Assembly: GCA_947625605.1 (NCBI GenBank)
Contig: CANQOY010000005.1
Coordinates: 3,206-67,205, forward strand
Source: an uncultured Clostridia bacterium
GTDB lineage: Bacteria; Bacillota; Clostridia; Christensenellales; Borkfalkiaceae
DNA length: 64,000 bases
Direction: 5' to 3'
Under the pieces are notes generated by a model that was given only the letters and a program-made list of their open reading frames with translations, did no database searches and was not told the origin of the DNA. Position 1 is the first letter of the stretch; each line of letters opens with the position of its first letter. Positions 46,431-55,678 of the stretch are shown here, piece after piece. A program made the position numbers and the translations under genes.

Positions 46431-48872
46431 TCATTCATTAGGGGTATCCGGCGTCTCGGGAGCGGGTTCCTCGGGAGCAGGTTCTTCGGGAGCGGGTTCC
46501 TCGGGAACGGGTTCTTCGGGAGCGGGTTCCTCGGGAGCAGGTTCTTCGGGAACAGGCTCTTCGGGAACGGGTTCTTCGGGAGCGGGTTCCTCGGGAGCGG
46601 GCTCTTCCGTGAGTTCCTCCTCGGGCGTGGGCTCGGGATCGACGGCATAGACGTCGATGTCCCTATCGTCCGTGGTGTCAACGTGCATGCGCTTCTCCTT
46701 GGGCGCCTTCTGCGCGTTCTGCCGCTTCTTGTGGAAGAAGTGGAGGACGAGGAGCCCTGCAAGACCGACCACCAGCACGCTTCCGATGACGATGAGTGCG
46801 ATCGCCCACGCGGGCAGGTGCGTCTCCTCCTCTTCGGGCGGGGTGTAGCGGGTGAGGAACGTGGACCGCCAATAGTCGTCCCATGCCTCGTTGTCCGCGT
46901 CGTCCCACGTACCGATCTTCGTGACGAAGAAGGACTGCGTTCTGAACGAGGCGTCTCCCTCCTTGAAGTCGGTCTCTTCGAAGAGCTTCACCTCGTCGTA
47001 GGTGTATCCTTTCCCCTCGACGTATGCCGCAAAGGCCTCGCGGTCCTTTTCTTCATAGGGATTTTCGAGATCGGCGTCCTCCTTGATGGCGTCCTCATAT
47101 TCGCGCACGTTCTCGTTGACCAGATCCGCGTTGCCCGTGTAGAAGTAGCACTCGATGGCTTCGGCGAGGATGTCGTTGACGTCCGACCGGATGCGGCTGA
47201 GAAGCGCCTCGTCCCGGTCGGAGACGATATCCACGATCTCATCGTACAGATCGTTGCGCGCGGCGAGCTCGACGTTGTCCATGAGGCCATTCTCGTCTTT
47301 GAGGTTGATCGTGCTCACATAGTTGAAGGAGTTGCCGCCGTACGTCTTGCCGTCCGCAAAGAAGAGGACGTTGTCGACGATCTCGACGTCGTACCAACCG
47401 CTCGTATGCACCGCTTCGAGAATGCGCACGGGGACATAGTAATCGTTGTGATCCTCGGGATGCGTGAGGTTGCTGTAATCGTCCTTTCCGGTCCCGAGCT
47501 TATCGGTGACCCCGTTGTACACCGCGCGGTTGATGGAGGAACCGCCCGAGACGGAATTTGCATAATACAGATAGTGGTAGCCTTCCGCATCCGACTCGTT
47601 GTCGATGCCGATGATCTTGGGCGAGCTGGCCGTGCGGACGATCGTGGTCTCTGCGCCGTCTTCCACGTCAACGCGGATGAGGTTGGAGCCGTCCGCATAG
47701 ATGTAGTGGTGCTTGCCGCCCTCCCGATAGAAGAAGGCGTCGGTCACCGAGGAGGAAGCCGCGTCGGAAGCGATGACGTCGAACGATTCGGCCTCGCTGT
47801 CGTTTGCGGCGATGGTATCCCAGCCGGAGGCAAGGTCGGTCTCTTCGAGGAAGTAGAGCGTGCCGCTCGCGCCGACGACGCCGGGAGGCGCCGAAACGGG
47901 CTTACGGGTGAAGTAAAGGCCGCCGTTGTCGTACGTCTTTAAGCTGTAAATGTAGCCGACGGGATCTCCGGGCACCGTCTCGCTGTGATTGAATTGGCTG
48001 TAATTGTCGCGGAAGTCGTTCGCCCCGACGCCGTCGAGCACGAGCTCCCCGAAGTTGTGATAGGGCTCTTCCCCGTCGTTGTTCTCGTCCAGCCACGCCT
48101 GATCCCATTCGTAGTCGTAGGGAGCCTCCGTGGCGTCCGCGCGGACGCGGTAGATCTGGTTATAGGAGAGGTCTGCGCCGTAGTCGCTGTCCGGACGCAC
48201 CCGCACGCCCATCGTGTAGTACAAATAGGGCTCTCCCTTTTCGGAGGCGTGGAACTGATATTCCGAGGCCTCGCGCACGAGCAGAACGTCCTCCCCCGTC
48301 TCCGTGTTAAAGGAGTGGATGTCGAAAGCGGACGACCCCTCCACATAGAGCACATACACCACGCCGTTCTCCTCCACGAAGCGGTACGGCGTCGTATTCG
48401 TTTCGAGGCGGAAGTGGTGGCGGATGTCCGTCCCGTCGAGCTTGGCGCTCTTGAAGTCCAGCCAGCTGTTTTCCACCACGCCCGAGGTGTTGCGCACGTT
48501 GGTGGGCGTTGCGAAGTACACCCTGCCGCCATAGACGAAGATGCCCGCCTCGTGATCGCCTGCGACCATCAGGGAGGGGATGACCGTCTCGGCGCTGTTG
48601 ACGCCCGCTTCGACGTCCGCCTTGCGGATGCGCTGCAACGCACCCTTGACGGGAGCCCCGTAGGCGTTGTCCGCATCGCTGGTCTCAACGCCGTTGATGA
48701 AGTAGTAATAATCCCCCACGCCGACGACAAAGCCGCCGTTGGACTCCGCCGCCCCTTCGGGAATGCCGGCAGGCGTCTTGAAATCGCTGCCGCACGCCGC
48801 GATGGAGACGATCCCGAGGGAAAGCGTCGCGGCAGTCGCCAAAGCCAAAATTTTCTTTGTAGATTTACGCAT
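46431..48872 (-). CDS. large surface lipoprotein with C-terminal TM anchor and PEEPx-repeat tail
   Basis: Lipobox SIAAC after the signal peptide, long beta-rich ectodomain, TM WAIALIVIGSVLVVGLAGLLVL, tail (PEEPA/PEEPV)x10. SD GGAAGGA. Confidence 0.7.
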   Translation of the reverse strand: MRKSTKKILALATAATLSLGIVSIAACGSDFKTPAGIPEGAAESNGGFVVGVGDYYYFINGVETSDADNAYGAPVKGALQRIRKADVEAGVNSAETVIPSLMVAGDHEAGIFVYGGRVYFATPTNVRNTSGVVENSWLDFKSAKLDGTDIRHHFRLETNTTPYRFVEENGVVYVLYVEGSSAFDIHSFNTETGEDVLLVREASEYQFHASEKGEPYLYYTMGVRVRPDSDYGADLSYNQIYRVRADATEAPYDYEWDQAWLDENNDGEEPYHNFGELVLDGVGANDFRDNYSQFNHSETVPGDPVGYIYSLKTYDNGGLYFTRKPVSAPPGVVGASGTLYFLEETDLASGWDTIAANDSEAESFDVIASDAASSSVTDAFFYREGGKHHYIYADGSNLIRVDVEDGAETTIVRTASSPKIIGIDNESDAEGYHYLYYANSVSGGSSINRAVYNGVTDKLGTGKDDYSNLTHPEDHNDYYVPVRILEAVHTSGWYDVEIVDNVLFFADGKTYGGNSFNYVSTINLKDENGLMDNVELAARNDLYDEIVDIVSDRDEALLSRIRSDVNDILAEAIECYFYTGNADLVNENVREYEDAIKEDADLENPYEEKDREAFAAYVEGKGYTYDEVKLFEETDFKEGDASFRTQSFFVTKIGTWDDADNEAWDDYWRSTFLTRYTPPEEEETHLPAWAIALIVIGSVLVVGLAGLLVLHFFHKKRQNAQKAPKEKRMHVDTTDDRDIDVYAVDPEPTPEEELTEEPAPEEPAPEEPVPEEPVPEEPAPEEPAPEEPVPEEPAPEEPAPEEPAPETPDTPNE
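46455..46615 (-). repeat. in-frame 15-nt tandem repeat encoding (PEEPA/PEEPV)n
   Basis: Alternating GGGAGCGGGTTCCTC / GGGAGCAGGTTCTTC units inside the 3' end of the lipoprotein gene. Confidence 0.85.
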
Positions 48873-49065
48873 ATGAGATATCCTTCCGTAATTCGGAAAT
48901 TTGTTCTACCGATACATCTTCCATTATAAACTAAATTAGGGCTTTTGGCAATCAAAAACCCGCAAAACTTGCACTTTTCTTTGAGAAATTTTGTGTATGT
49001 TCTGTGGAACGGGGATGATTTTGCGGCGATCCGCAACGAATCAGCCCGAAAAGGGAGGTAGGATC

Positions 49066-49326
49066 ATGGAAAAATTCGGCATCTTCGAGCTCTTGGACGC
49101 ACTCGCCGCGCTCACGCCGCCCGCCCGGGAGGACGGACCGCCCGAAGCGGAGGAGCCCGCCGCAGAGACGCAGCCCGCCCCCGCGGAGAAGCGCACGCCC
49201 GACGCAGCGTTCGCACCGCCCTCTTACGGCGAAGGCGGGGCCGCGCCCGCAAACCTCTCGCAGGGGTCCGCCTACGGGGCCTTCCTCGCGCGCCACGAGA
49301 AGGCGAAAGAGCGGGCGAAAAAATAG
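49066..49326 (+). CDS. hypothetical low-complexity protein (86 aa)
   Basis: ATG 49066 lies 7 nt after AAGGGAGG. Ala/Pro/Glu-rich. Followed by the bidirectional terminator at 49364-49391. Confidence 0.45.
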   Translation: MEKFGIFELLDALAALTPPAREDGPPEAEEPAAETQPAPAEKRTPDAAFAPPSYGEGGAAPANLSQGSAYGAFLARHEKAKERAKK

Positions 49327-49363
49327 GCCGAACGCGCATGCCGTGTCCGCGGCGCCCGCCGAA

Positions 49364-49391
49364 AAAACCGACCCTTTTGGGGGTCGGTTTT
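49364..49391. terminator. bidirectional terminator between the 49066 ORF and rpsI
   Basis: AAAACCGACCC-TTTTGG-GGGTCGGTTTT. Confidence 0.8.
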
Positions 49392-49396
49392 GCATG

Positions 49397-49807
49397 TCAT
49401 CTCTTCGAGAACTGAGGAGCACGGCGCGCCTTTTTGAGGCCGTACTTCTTTCTCTCCTTGACGCGGGGATCTCTCGTAAGGAATCCCGCTTTTTTCAGGG
49501 CGGGACGCGTTTCGGGCTCCGCTTCGAGAAGCGCTCTCGCAATGCCGAGACGGATGGCCCCGGCCTGCCCCGTATATCCACCGCCGATGACGTTCACGAA
49601 GATATCGTACTTGCCTTCGGCTTTGACTTCAACGAGAGGCTGCTTGACGACGTACTGCGTCGTGCCCTGCGGGAAATAGTCCTCCAACGGACGGTCGTTG
49701 ATGACGATGCCGCCGTTTCCGCCGGGAATGAGGCGAACGCGCGCAATGGCCTTCTTCCTCCTACCCGTGCCCCAGAACTGCAACTTTTTCTTAATCGCCT
49801 TAGCCAT
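49397..49807 (-). CDS. rpsI: 30S ribosomal protein S9
   Basis: [19 protein letters not shown] and C-terminal [12 protein letters not shown]. Confidence 0.97.
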   Translation of the reverse strand: MAKAIKKKLQFWGTGRRKKAIARVRLIPGGNGGIVINDRPLEDYFPQGTTQYVVKQPLVEVKAEGKYDIFVNVIGGGYTGQAGAIRLGIARALLEAEPETRPALKKAGFLTRDPRVKERKKYGLKKARRAPQFSKR

Positions 49808-49821
49808 AAATCGTCCTCACC

Positions 49822-50253
49822 TTAAAATAATTTCAGCGTCTCGGGCTTTTGTGCCGCATGGTTGTGCTCCGCGCCCTTGTACACTCTCAGCTTCTTGATC
49901 ATGGCCCTGCCGAGAGAGTTCTTGGGGAGCATGCCGCGCACGGCTTCGTACACCGCGAGGTCGCTCCGTTCGGCCATCATCTTGCTGTAAGGGATCTCTT
50001 TCAGCCCGCTGATATAGCCGGTATGATAGCGGTAAAACTTGGTTTCGAGCTTCTTGCCCGTGAGAAGAACTTTATCGCTGTTGATGATGATGACAAAGTC
50101 ACCCGTATCCACGTTGGGGGTGAAAGTAGGCTTGTTCTTGCCGCGCAAAATCGCAGCCGCCTTGGAAGCCAGCCTCCCGAGGGGAAGGCCGTCTGCGTCG
50201 ATGACGTACCACTTTCTTTCCACCGTTTGCGGCGTTGCCATGTAGGTTTTCAT
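49822..50253 (-). CDS. rplM: 50S ribosomal protein L13
   Basis: [18 protein letters not shown]...[17 protein letters not shown]. Confidence 0.97.
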   Translation of the reverse strand: MKTYMATPQTVERKWYVIDADGLPLGRLASKAAAILRGKNKPTFTPNVDTGDFVIIINSDKVLLTGKKLETKFYRYHTGYISGLKEIPYSKMMAERSDLAVYEAVRGMLPKNSLGRAMIKKLRVYKGAEHNHAAQKPETLKLF

Positions 50254-50336
50254 ATCCGTGCTCCTTGTATTCGATCGGCAGCTTGTTCCGTCGGCCGACC
50301 CGCCGAAACGGCAGCGTCTGCGCCGACTACCCCTTT

Positions 50337-50365
50337 ATTATAGGGCCTCGGGGGAGTTCCGTCAA
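50337..50365 (-). promoter_or_regulatory. rplM-rpsI promoter
   Basis: The minus strand reads TTGACG (50365-50360), 17-nt spacer, TATAAT (50342-50337). It leaves a GC-rich 5'UTR of about 80 nt. Confidence 0.55.
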
Positions 50366-50500
50366 GCTGTTTTGACTTTGGATTTTAAGATTTTTTCGTT
50401 TTTCGGGAATTATTTTATTTTTATTCACGAATTTGCTTTCGGGTGAAAAAAGCGGTTTCGGGGCCCGCAAGCGCGTCCGTCCCGCGCGCACGGACGGGGA

Positions 50501-51052
50501 CTATACCTTTTTTATAATTACGGCAGGATTTCCCGCGGCGACGCAGCCCGGCGGAATGTCTCGGGTGACCACGGAACCCCCTCCAATCACGCTGCCGTCT
50601 CCGATCGTGACCCCGGGCATGATCTTGGCGCCGCCGCCGATCCACACGCCGTTTCCCACCGTGATGGGCCGCGCGTACTCCCTGCCGCTCATGCGGACCG
50701 CGGGATCGACGGGGTGCGTCCCCGCATAAAATCCGCACTGCGGACCGATGAGAACGTTGTCACCAAAGGTGATCTTGTTGCAGTCGAGAAACACGCAGTC
50801 GCGGTTGCAGAAGAAGTTGTCCCCGACCGTCGTGTTGAAGCCGTAATCGAACCAAACGTGCGGCTCGATCGAGACATGCTCCCCTCTTCCGCCGAGAAGC
50901 GCGGAGAGGATCTCCTGACGGCGGGCCTCCTCGTCGCCCGGCGTGCGGTTGTATTCCTCGCACAGCCTGCGGGCGCGCGCGTACAAAGTTCTGAGTTCGG
51001 GATCGGAACTGTCGTAGAGTTCCCCCGCGAGCATCTTCTCTCGTTCCGTCAT
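50501..51052 (-). CDS. maltose/galactoside O-acetyltransferase (hexapeptide-repeat)
   Basis: Mac-type N-terminus MLAGELYDSSDPEL and left-handed beta-helix repeats (ITVGNGVWIGGGAKIMPGVTIGDGSVIGGGSVV). ATG 51052 with SD AAAGGGGGAA. Confidence 0.85.
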   Translation of the reverse strand: MTEREKMLAGELYDSSDPELRTLYARARRLCEEYNRTPGDEEARRQEILSALLGGRGEHVSIEPHVWFDYGFNTTVGDNFFCNRDCVFLDCNKITFGDNVLIGPQCGFYAGTHPVDPAVRMSGREYARPITVGNGVWIGGGAKIMPGVTIGDGSVIGGGSVVTRDIPPGCVAAGNPAVIIKKV

Positions 51053-51057
51053 GGTTC

Positions 51058-51836
51058 CCCCTTTCGCGCTGCGCGACCCAATTCGCCACGCCACGCACGC
51101 TTCCTGTCTTTGAGAACATACAAACTTCGCGGGCGACACGGCTTTGAGATGCACACTCTAACCCCTCGCAAATTTCTTTGCCCTCTTTCCTGTCCCCGCA
51201 GGGGGATTCTTTCTTGAAAGAAATTTGCGAAAGCTCAAAAATTTCCTTGCGCGAGCAGGGTCTCCCTGCGCTGCGCGACCCAATTTGCCACGCCATGCAC
51301 GCTTCCTGTCTTTGAGGTCATGCAGGCTCGCGGGCGACATGGCTTTGAGATGATATATCCTAACCCCTCGCAAATTTCTTTGCCCTCTTTCCTGCCCCGC
51401 AGGGAGCTCTTTCATGAAAGAAATTTGCGAAAGCTAAAAAATTTCTTGCGCGAGCAGGGTCCCCCTGCGCTGCGCGACCCAATTCGCCACGCCACGCACG
51501 CTTCCTGTCTTTGAGAACATGTATGCTCCGCGGGCGACATGGCTTTGAGTTGCGCACTCTAACCCCTCGCAAATTTCTTTGCCACTATTTTTGCCCCGCA
51601 GGGGGATTCTTTCTTGAAAGAAATTTGCGAAAGCTCAAAAATTTCCTTGCGCGAGCAGGGTTCCCCTGCGCTGCGCGACCCCATTTGCCACGCCACCGCA
51701 GGCTTCTTGTCTTTGAGAACATGTAGGCTCCGCGGGCGACACGGCTTTGAGATGATGAAACTTAACCCCTCGCAAATTTCTTTGCCCTCTTTCCTGCCCC
51801 GCAGGGAGCTCTTTCATGAAAGAAATTTGCGAAAAA
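51058..51836. repeat. tandem array, 3.8 copies of a ~200-bp unit in A-B-A-B order
   Basis: The anchor GCGCTGCGCGACCC recurs at 51066, 51268, 51467 and 51668 (spacings 202/199/201). Each unit has a 13-bp inverted repeat CGCAAATTTCTTT/AAAGAAATTTGCG. Confidence 0.9.
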
Positions 51837-51841
51837 ACTTT

Positions 51842-53650
51842 TTATTCCAAAACCGCCTTGATCCTTCTCACGCCCGCCGAGGAGGACTGTTCCTTGACGA
51901 TCCTGAACTTCCCGAGAACGCCCGTCCTTTGGACATGGGGGCCTCCGCACATCTCCTTGGAGAAATCTCCGATGGAATACGTGCGCACGGTCTCGCCGTA
52001 TTTCGAGTCGAACACGCCGACGAAGTGCTCCGCGCGCGCCTGTTCGAGGCTCATCTCCCTGCACACGACGGGGATGTCCTCCGCGATCTTCTCGTTGACG
52101 AGCGCCTCCACCGCAGCGATCTCCTCGGCTGTCATGGCGCGGTCGAAATTGAAGTCGAAGCGCATGCGTTCGTCCGTGATATTGCTGCCCTTCTGGTTGC
52201 AGTCGGGCGAGAGAACGGCTTTGAGCGCGGCGTTGAGGAGGTGGGTCGCGGTGTGGTACTTTGTGGCCTGCTCGGAGTGGCTTTCAAGGCCGCCCTTCGC
52301 CTCCCCTTTCTGGATGACGCGGCTCTTCTCCTGATGCTCCCGGAAGGCCGCGTCGAACCCTACCGTGTCCACGGTGAGGCCCCTCTCTGCGGCAAGTTCC
52401 TCGGTCAGTTCGAGAGGGAAACCGTAGGTATCGTACAGGCGGAAGGCCTGCTTGCCGCCGATGACCGTCTCGGGGACGTACGCGGGGTCGCTTTTGCCCA
52501 TGAACTCGTTCTTGCGTGCAATGCCCGCAAGGCACTTCTCGAATTCTTTCATCCCCGTGGCGAGGGTCGCCTCGAAGCGCTCGGCCTCTTTGCCCATCTC
52601 TTCGAGGATGTATCCCTCTTTCTCCCCGAGCAGGGGATAGGAATCGCTGTACACTTCGCGGATGAAGATCTTCGCGACTTCGAGCATGGCGTCCGACCCG
52701 ACGCCGAGCTGGCGGCAGTAGCGGATCGCCCTGCGCATGATGCGGCGGAGGATGTAGCCCGCTCCCACGTTGGAGGGCAAAATGCCGTTGACGTCGCCGA
52801 TGAGCATGAGCGCAGTACGGGTGTGATCCGCAATAATGCGCATTGCACGCTGCGCCTCGCCGCCTTCCGCGTATACCATGCCCGAGATCTCCTCCAATTT
52901 TCGGATGGCTCCCGCGAAGAGATCGGTCTCATAGCCGTCCGTGAGGCCGTTCAGAAAGAGGAGCATTCTGTCGAACCCGAACCCCGTATCCACGTTCTTG
53001 TTTTGCAGGGGCTCGTAGCCGCTCTCCGTCTTTTTGTACTGCATATAGACGTCGTTGCCGATCTCGACATAGTCGTCCGGAAACTTGGGGTCGTCGAGAT
53101 TGCGGATGGGATAGAACCACTCGTTGTCGGGCCCGCAGGGCGTTCCCACGGTGCCTTCGAGCTCCCACCAGTTGTCCTCCTTGGGGAGGTAGAACACGTG
53201 CTCCGGCCGAATGCCGAGCGCGATGACGAGCTGCGCCGTCTCCTCGTCGCGGGGAGCGGCGGCGTTGCCCGCAAAGACGGTGGTGCACAGCTTGTCCTTG
53301 TCGAGACCGAACACGTCTGTGAGCAGTTCGAACGTCCACGCCGTCTTTTCCTTTTTGAAGTAGTCCCCGAGCGACCAGTTCCCCATCATCTCGAAAAAGG
53401 TGAAATGCGAGCTGTCTCCCACGGAGTCGATATCCACCGTACGCACGCACCCCTGAATGTTTGTGAGGCGCCTCCCTTGGGCATGGGGTGCCCCGAGGAG
53501 GTACGGCATGAGCGGCTGCATGCCCGCGACGTTGAACATGACGCCCGTCGAGCCGTCGCCGATGAGGGACACGGCGCCGATATCGACATGCCCCTTGGAC
53601 TTGTAGAAGTCAAGCCATTTTTGTCTGAGTTCCTTGGATGTGATCTTCAT
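51842..53650 (-). CDS. alaS: alanine--tRNA ligase, compact 602-aa form (no C-Ala domain)
   Basis: Class II AlaRS core (FFEMMGNWSLGDYFK, IIADHTRTALMLI, GAGYILRRIMRRA) and editing core with HTATH and CGGPH. Ends at VRRIKAVLE. Confidence 0.9.
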   Translation of the reverse strand: MKITSKELRQKWLDFYKSKGHVDIGAVSLIGDGSTGVMFNVAGMQPLMPYLLGAPHAQGRRLTNIQGCVRTVDIDSVGDSSHFTFFEMMGNWSLGDYFKKEKTAWTFELLTDVFGLDKDKLCTTVFAGNAAAPRDEETAQLVIALGIRPEHVFYLPKEDNWWELEGTVGTPCGPDNEWFYPIRNLDDPKFPDDYVEIGNDVYMQYKKTESGYEPLQNKNVDTGFGFDRMLLFLNGLTDGYETDLFAGAIRKLEEISGMVYAEGGEAQRAMRIIADHTRTALMLIGDVNGILPSNVGAGYILRRIMRRAIRYCRQLGVGSDAMLEVAKIFIREVYSDSYPLLGEKEGYILEEMGKEAERFEATLATGMKEFEKCLAGIARKNEFMGKSDPAYVPETVIGGKQAFRLYDTYGFPLELTEELAAERGLTVDTVGFDAAFREHQEKSRVIQKGEAKGGLESHSEQATKYHTATHLLNAALKAVLSPDCNQKGSNITDERMRFDFNFDRAMTAEEIAAVEALVNEKIAEDIPVVCREMSLEQARAEHFVGVFDSKYGETVRTYSIGDFSKEMCGGPHVQRTGVLGKFRIVKEQSSSAGVRRIKAVLE

Positions 53651-53704
53651 GATAACCTCGTTTTATTGTTCCCCGCCCGCCGGAGCGCGGGCCGCGGGCG
53701 CTCT

Positions 53705-55090
53705 TTATATTTTGCTCAACGTGTAACTGTCTTTGGAGTCCTTCACGGCGTAGCCGAGCTCCTTCAACTTCTCCCGCAGCTCGTCCGACTTCGCCCAGTC
53801 CCTGTTCCTGCGGGCTTCGAGACGCGCCTGCGCGATCTCCCTGACCTCGGCGGGCGCCTCGTCCTCTGCGGCGTACCGCGCGAGGTACTCCGCCGCGTCC
53901 TTCCCGAAGAGCCCCAGGAGCGAATACGTCCTGCGGATCTGATTGGTGATGCGGCGCGCCTTCGGGTCGCCTGCGGCGAGCAGTTTCGCCGCCTCCCGGA
54001 AGTAGCCGAAGAGGTTGGCCACGGCGAGAGAGGTGTTGAAATCGTCGGACATGGCCGCGTCAAATTCGGCGTCGATCTCGGGCATGCCCCCCTCCTCCGC
54101 GGGGAAAGCCGCCTCGATCTTCGCGATGAGGGTGTAGAACCGCACGAGGTGCGCCTCTGCATCCGGGAAGAGGTTGTCCGTGATGTTGAGGTCGGCGCGG
54201 TAGTTGCCGGAGAGGAGCGCAAGTTTGAGCGCCTCGTCCGAATAGCGGGCCAACACGTCCTCCATGAGGATCACGTTCCCGAGCGATTTGGACATCTTCT
54301 GCCCGTTGACCTTGATGAGCCCGTTGTGGATCCAATAGTTCGCGAATTTCTTGCCCGTGAGGGCCTCCGACTGGGCGATCTCGTTCTCGTGGTGCGGGAA
54401 GATGAGGTCGCGGCCGCCGCCGTGGATGTCGATCCTGTCCCCGAACGCGGCGTGGTTCATGGCAGAGCACTCGATATGCCAGCCCGGCCGACCCTTTCCC
54501 CACGGGGAATCCCAGCAGATCTCGCCGGGTTTGGCCGCCTTCCAGAGGGCGAAGTCGTACGCGCTCCGCTTGTTCTCATCGTTTTCGACGCGGACGCCGT
54601 CGAGCATGTCCTCCTTGTCCCGCCCCGAGAGCTGCCCGTACGCGGGGAAGGAATCGACGTCGAAATACACGTCTCCGTTGCCTCCCTCGTAGGCATGCCC
54701 CCCACGGATGAGCTCTTCGATAAAGGAAATGATGACGCCGATATGGTCGGTCGCTTTGAGCCAGAGGGTGGGTTCGTCGATGTGCGCCTTCGCCATGACG
54801 GCGTCGATCTTTTCGATCATCTTTCTCGCGTACTCATCGGCGGGGACGCCGACCTCCTTGGATTTGGCGATGATCTTGTCGTCAACGTCGGTATAGTTGC
54901 GGGCATAGACGACGCGATACCCCTGCTTTTCGAGAAACTTGCGGAACACGTCATAGACGAGGGCCTGAAACCCGTGCCCAATATGCGCCTCTCCGGATAC
55001 CGTGATCCCGCAGGCGTACATCTTGACCTTCCCCTCTTCAATGGGGACGAAATCTTCCTTTCTTCGCGTAAGTGAGTTGTAGATCTTCAT
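53705..55090 (-). CDS. cysS: cysteine--tRNA ligase
   Basis: YACGITVSGEAHIGHG (HIGH) and KMSKSLGN motifs, 461 aa. Confidence 0.95.
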   Translation of the reverse strand: MKIYNSLTRRKEDFVPIEEGKVKMYACGITVSGEAHIGHGFQALVYDVFRKFLEKQGYRVVYARNYTDVDDKIIAKSKEVGVPADEYARKMIEKIDAVMAKAHIDEPTLWLKATDHIGVIISFIEELIRGGHAYEGGNGDVYFDVDSFPAYGQLSGRDKEDMLDGVRVENDENKRSAYDFALWKAAKPGEICWDSPWGKGRPGWHIECSAMNHAAFGDRIDIHGGGRDLIFPHHENEIAQSEALTGKKFANYWIHNGLIKVNGQKMSKSLGNVILMEDVLARYSDEALKLALLSGNYRADLNITDNLFPDAEAHLVRFYTLIAKIEAAFPAEEGGMPEIDAEFDAAMSDDFNTSLAVANLFGYFREAAKLLAAGDPKARRITNQIRRTYSLLGLFGKDAAEYLARYAAEDEAPAEVREIAQARLEARRNRDWAKSDELREKLKELGYAVKDSKDSYTLSKI

Positions 55091-55159
55091 AGTTGCCTCT
55101 CAAAAAATCTTCCCACGCAGCCGCGTTGACCAAAAATGTTGGCACCATGTCCGCGTTCT

Positions 55160-55678
55160 CTACCTGATTTTCACCACTCTCGCGGGGATCCCCACTACGG
55201 TGGCATAGGGAGGGACCTCTTCGAGAACGACGGCGCCCGCGCCGATCTTCGCGCCCTCGCCCACGGTGAATCCGCCCAGCACCTTGGCACCGCAGGAGAG
55301 GATGGCCCCGCGCTTTACGGTGGGGTGCCGCTTCCCCGTCTCCTTGCCCGTTCCGCCCAGCGTCACGCCCTGATAGATGACGACGTCCGTCTCCACCTCG
55401 GCCGTTTCCCCGATGACGACGCCCGCGCCGTGGTCGATGAACACGCCGGGCGCGATCTTTGCGGCTGGATGGATCTCGATGCCCGTCCTGCGGGCCGTCC
55501 TCTGGGAGAGAAGGCGCGCCAGAAACTTCATGCCGTGCCGCCAGAAAAATGCCGCCCGACGGTGGCCGATGAGCGCGCGCACCCCGGGATAGAGGAGGAG
55601 AACTTCGAGTCTGTTTCTTGCGGCGGGATCGTTTCGCATGGCGGCGTCGAGATCCGCCCGCAGCTTGCGGAAAAACAT
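55160..55678 (-). CDS. cysE: serine O-acetyltransferase
   Basis: DPAARNRLEVLLLYPG, hexapeptide repeats, GVVIGETAEV. Start taken at MFFRKL (55678). The in-frame ATG at 55714 is an alternative. Confidence 0.82.
   Translation of the reverse strand: MFFRKLRADLDAAMRNDPAARNRLEVLLLYPGVRALIGHRRAAFFWRHGMKFLARLLSQRTARRTGIEIHPAAKIAPGVFIDHGAGVVIGETAEVETDVVIYQGVTLGGTGKETGKRHPTVKRGAILSCGAKVLGGFTVGEGAKIGAGAVVLEEVPPYATVVGIPARVVKIR

Noticed and set aside
50254-50336. GC-rich, hairpin-prone 5'UTR of rplM-rpsI as a possible L13 autoregulatory leader
   Set aside because: It is plausible in principle, but I cannot match it to any known leader consensus from memory, and a single sequence gives no covariation evidence. 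It would need cmscan and comparative alignment.
51058-51836. Possible CRISPR array
   Set aside because: The entire ~200-bp unit is repeated head-to-tail. There are no short conserved repeats alternating with unique spacers, and no cas genes are in the window.
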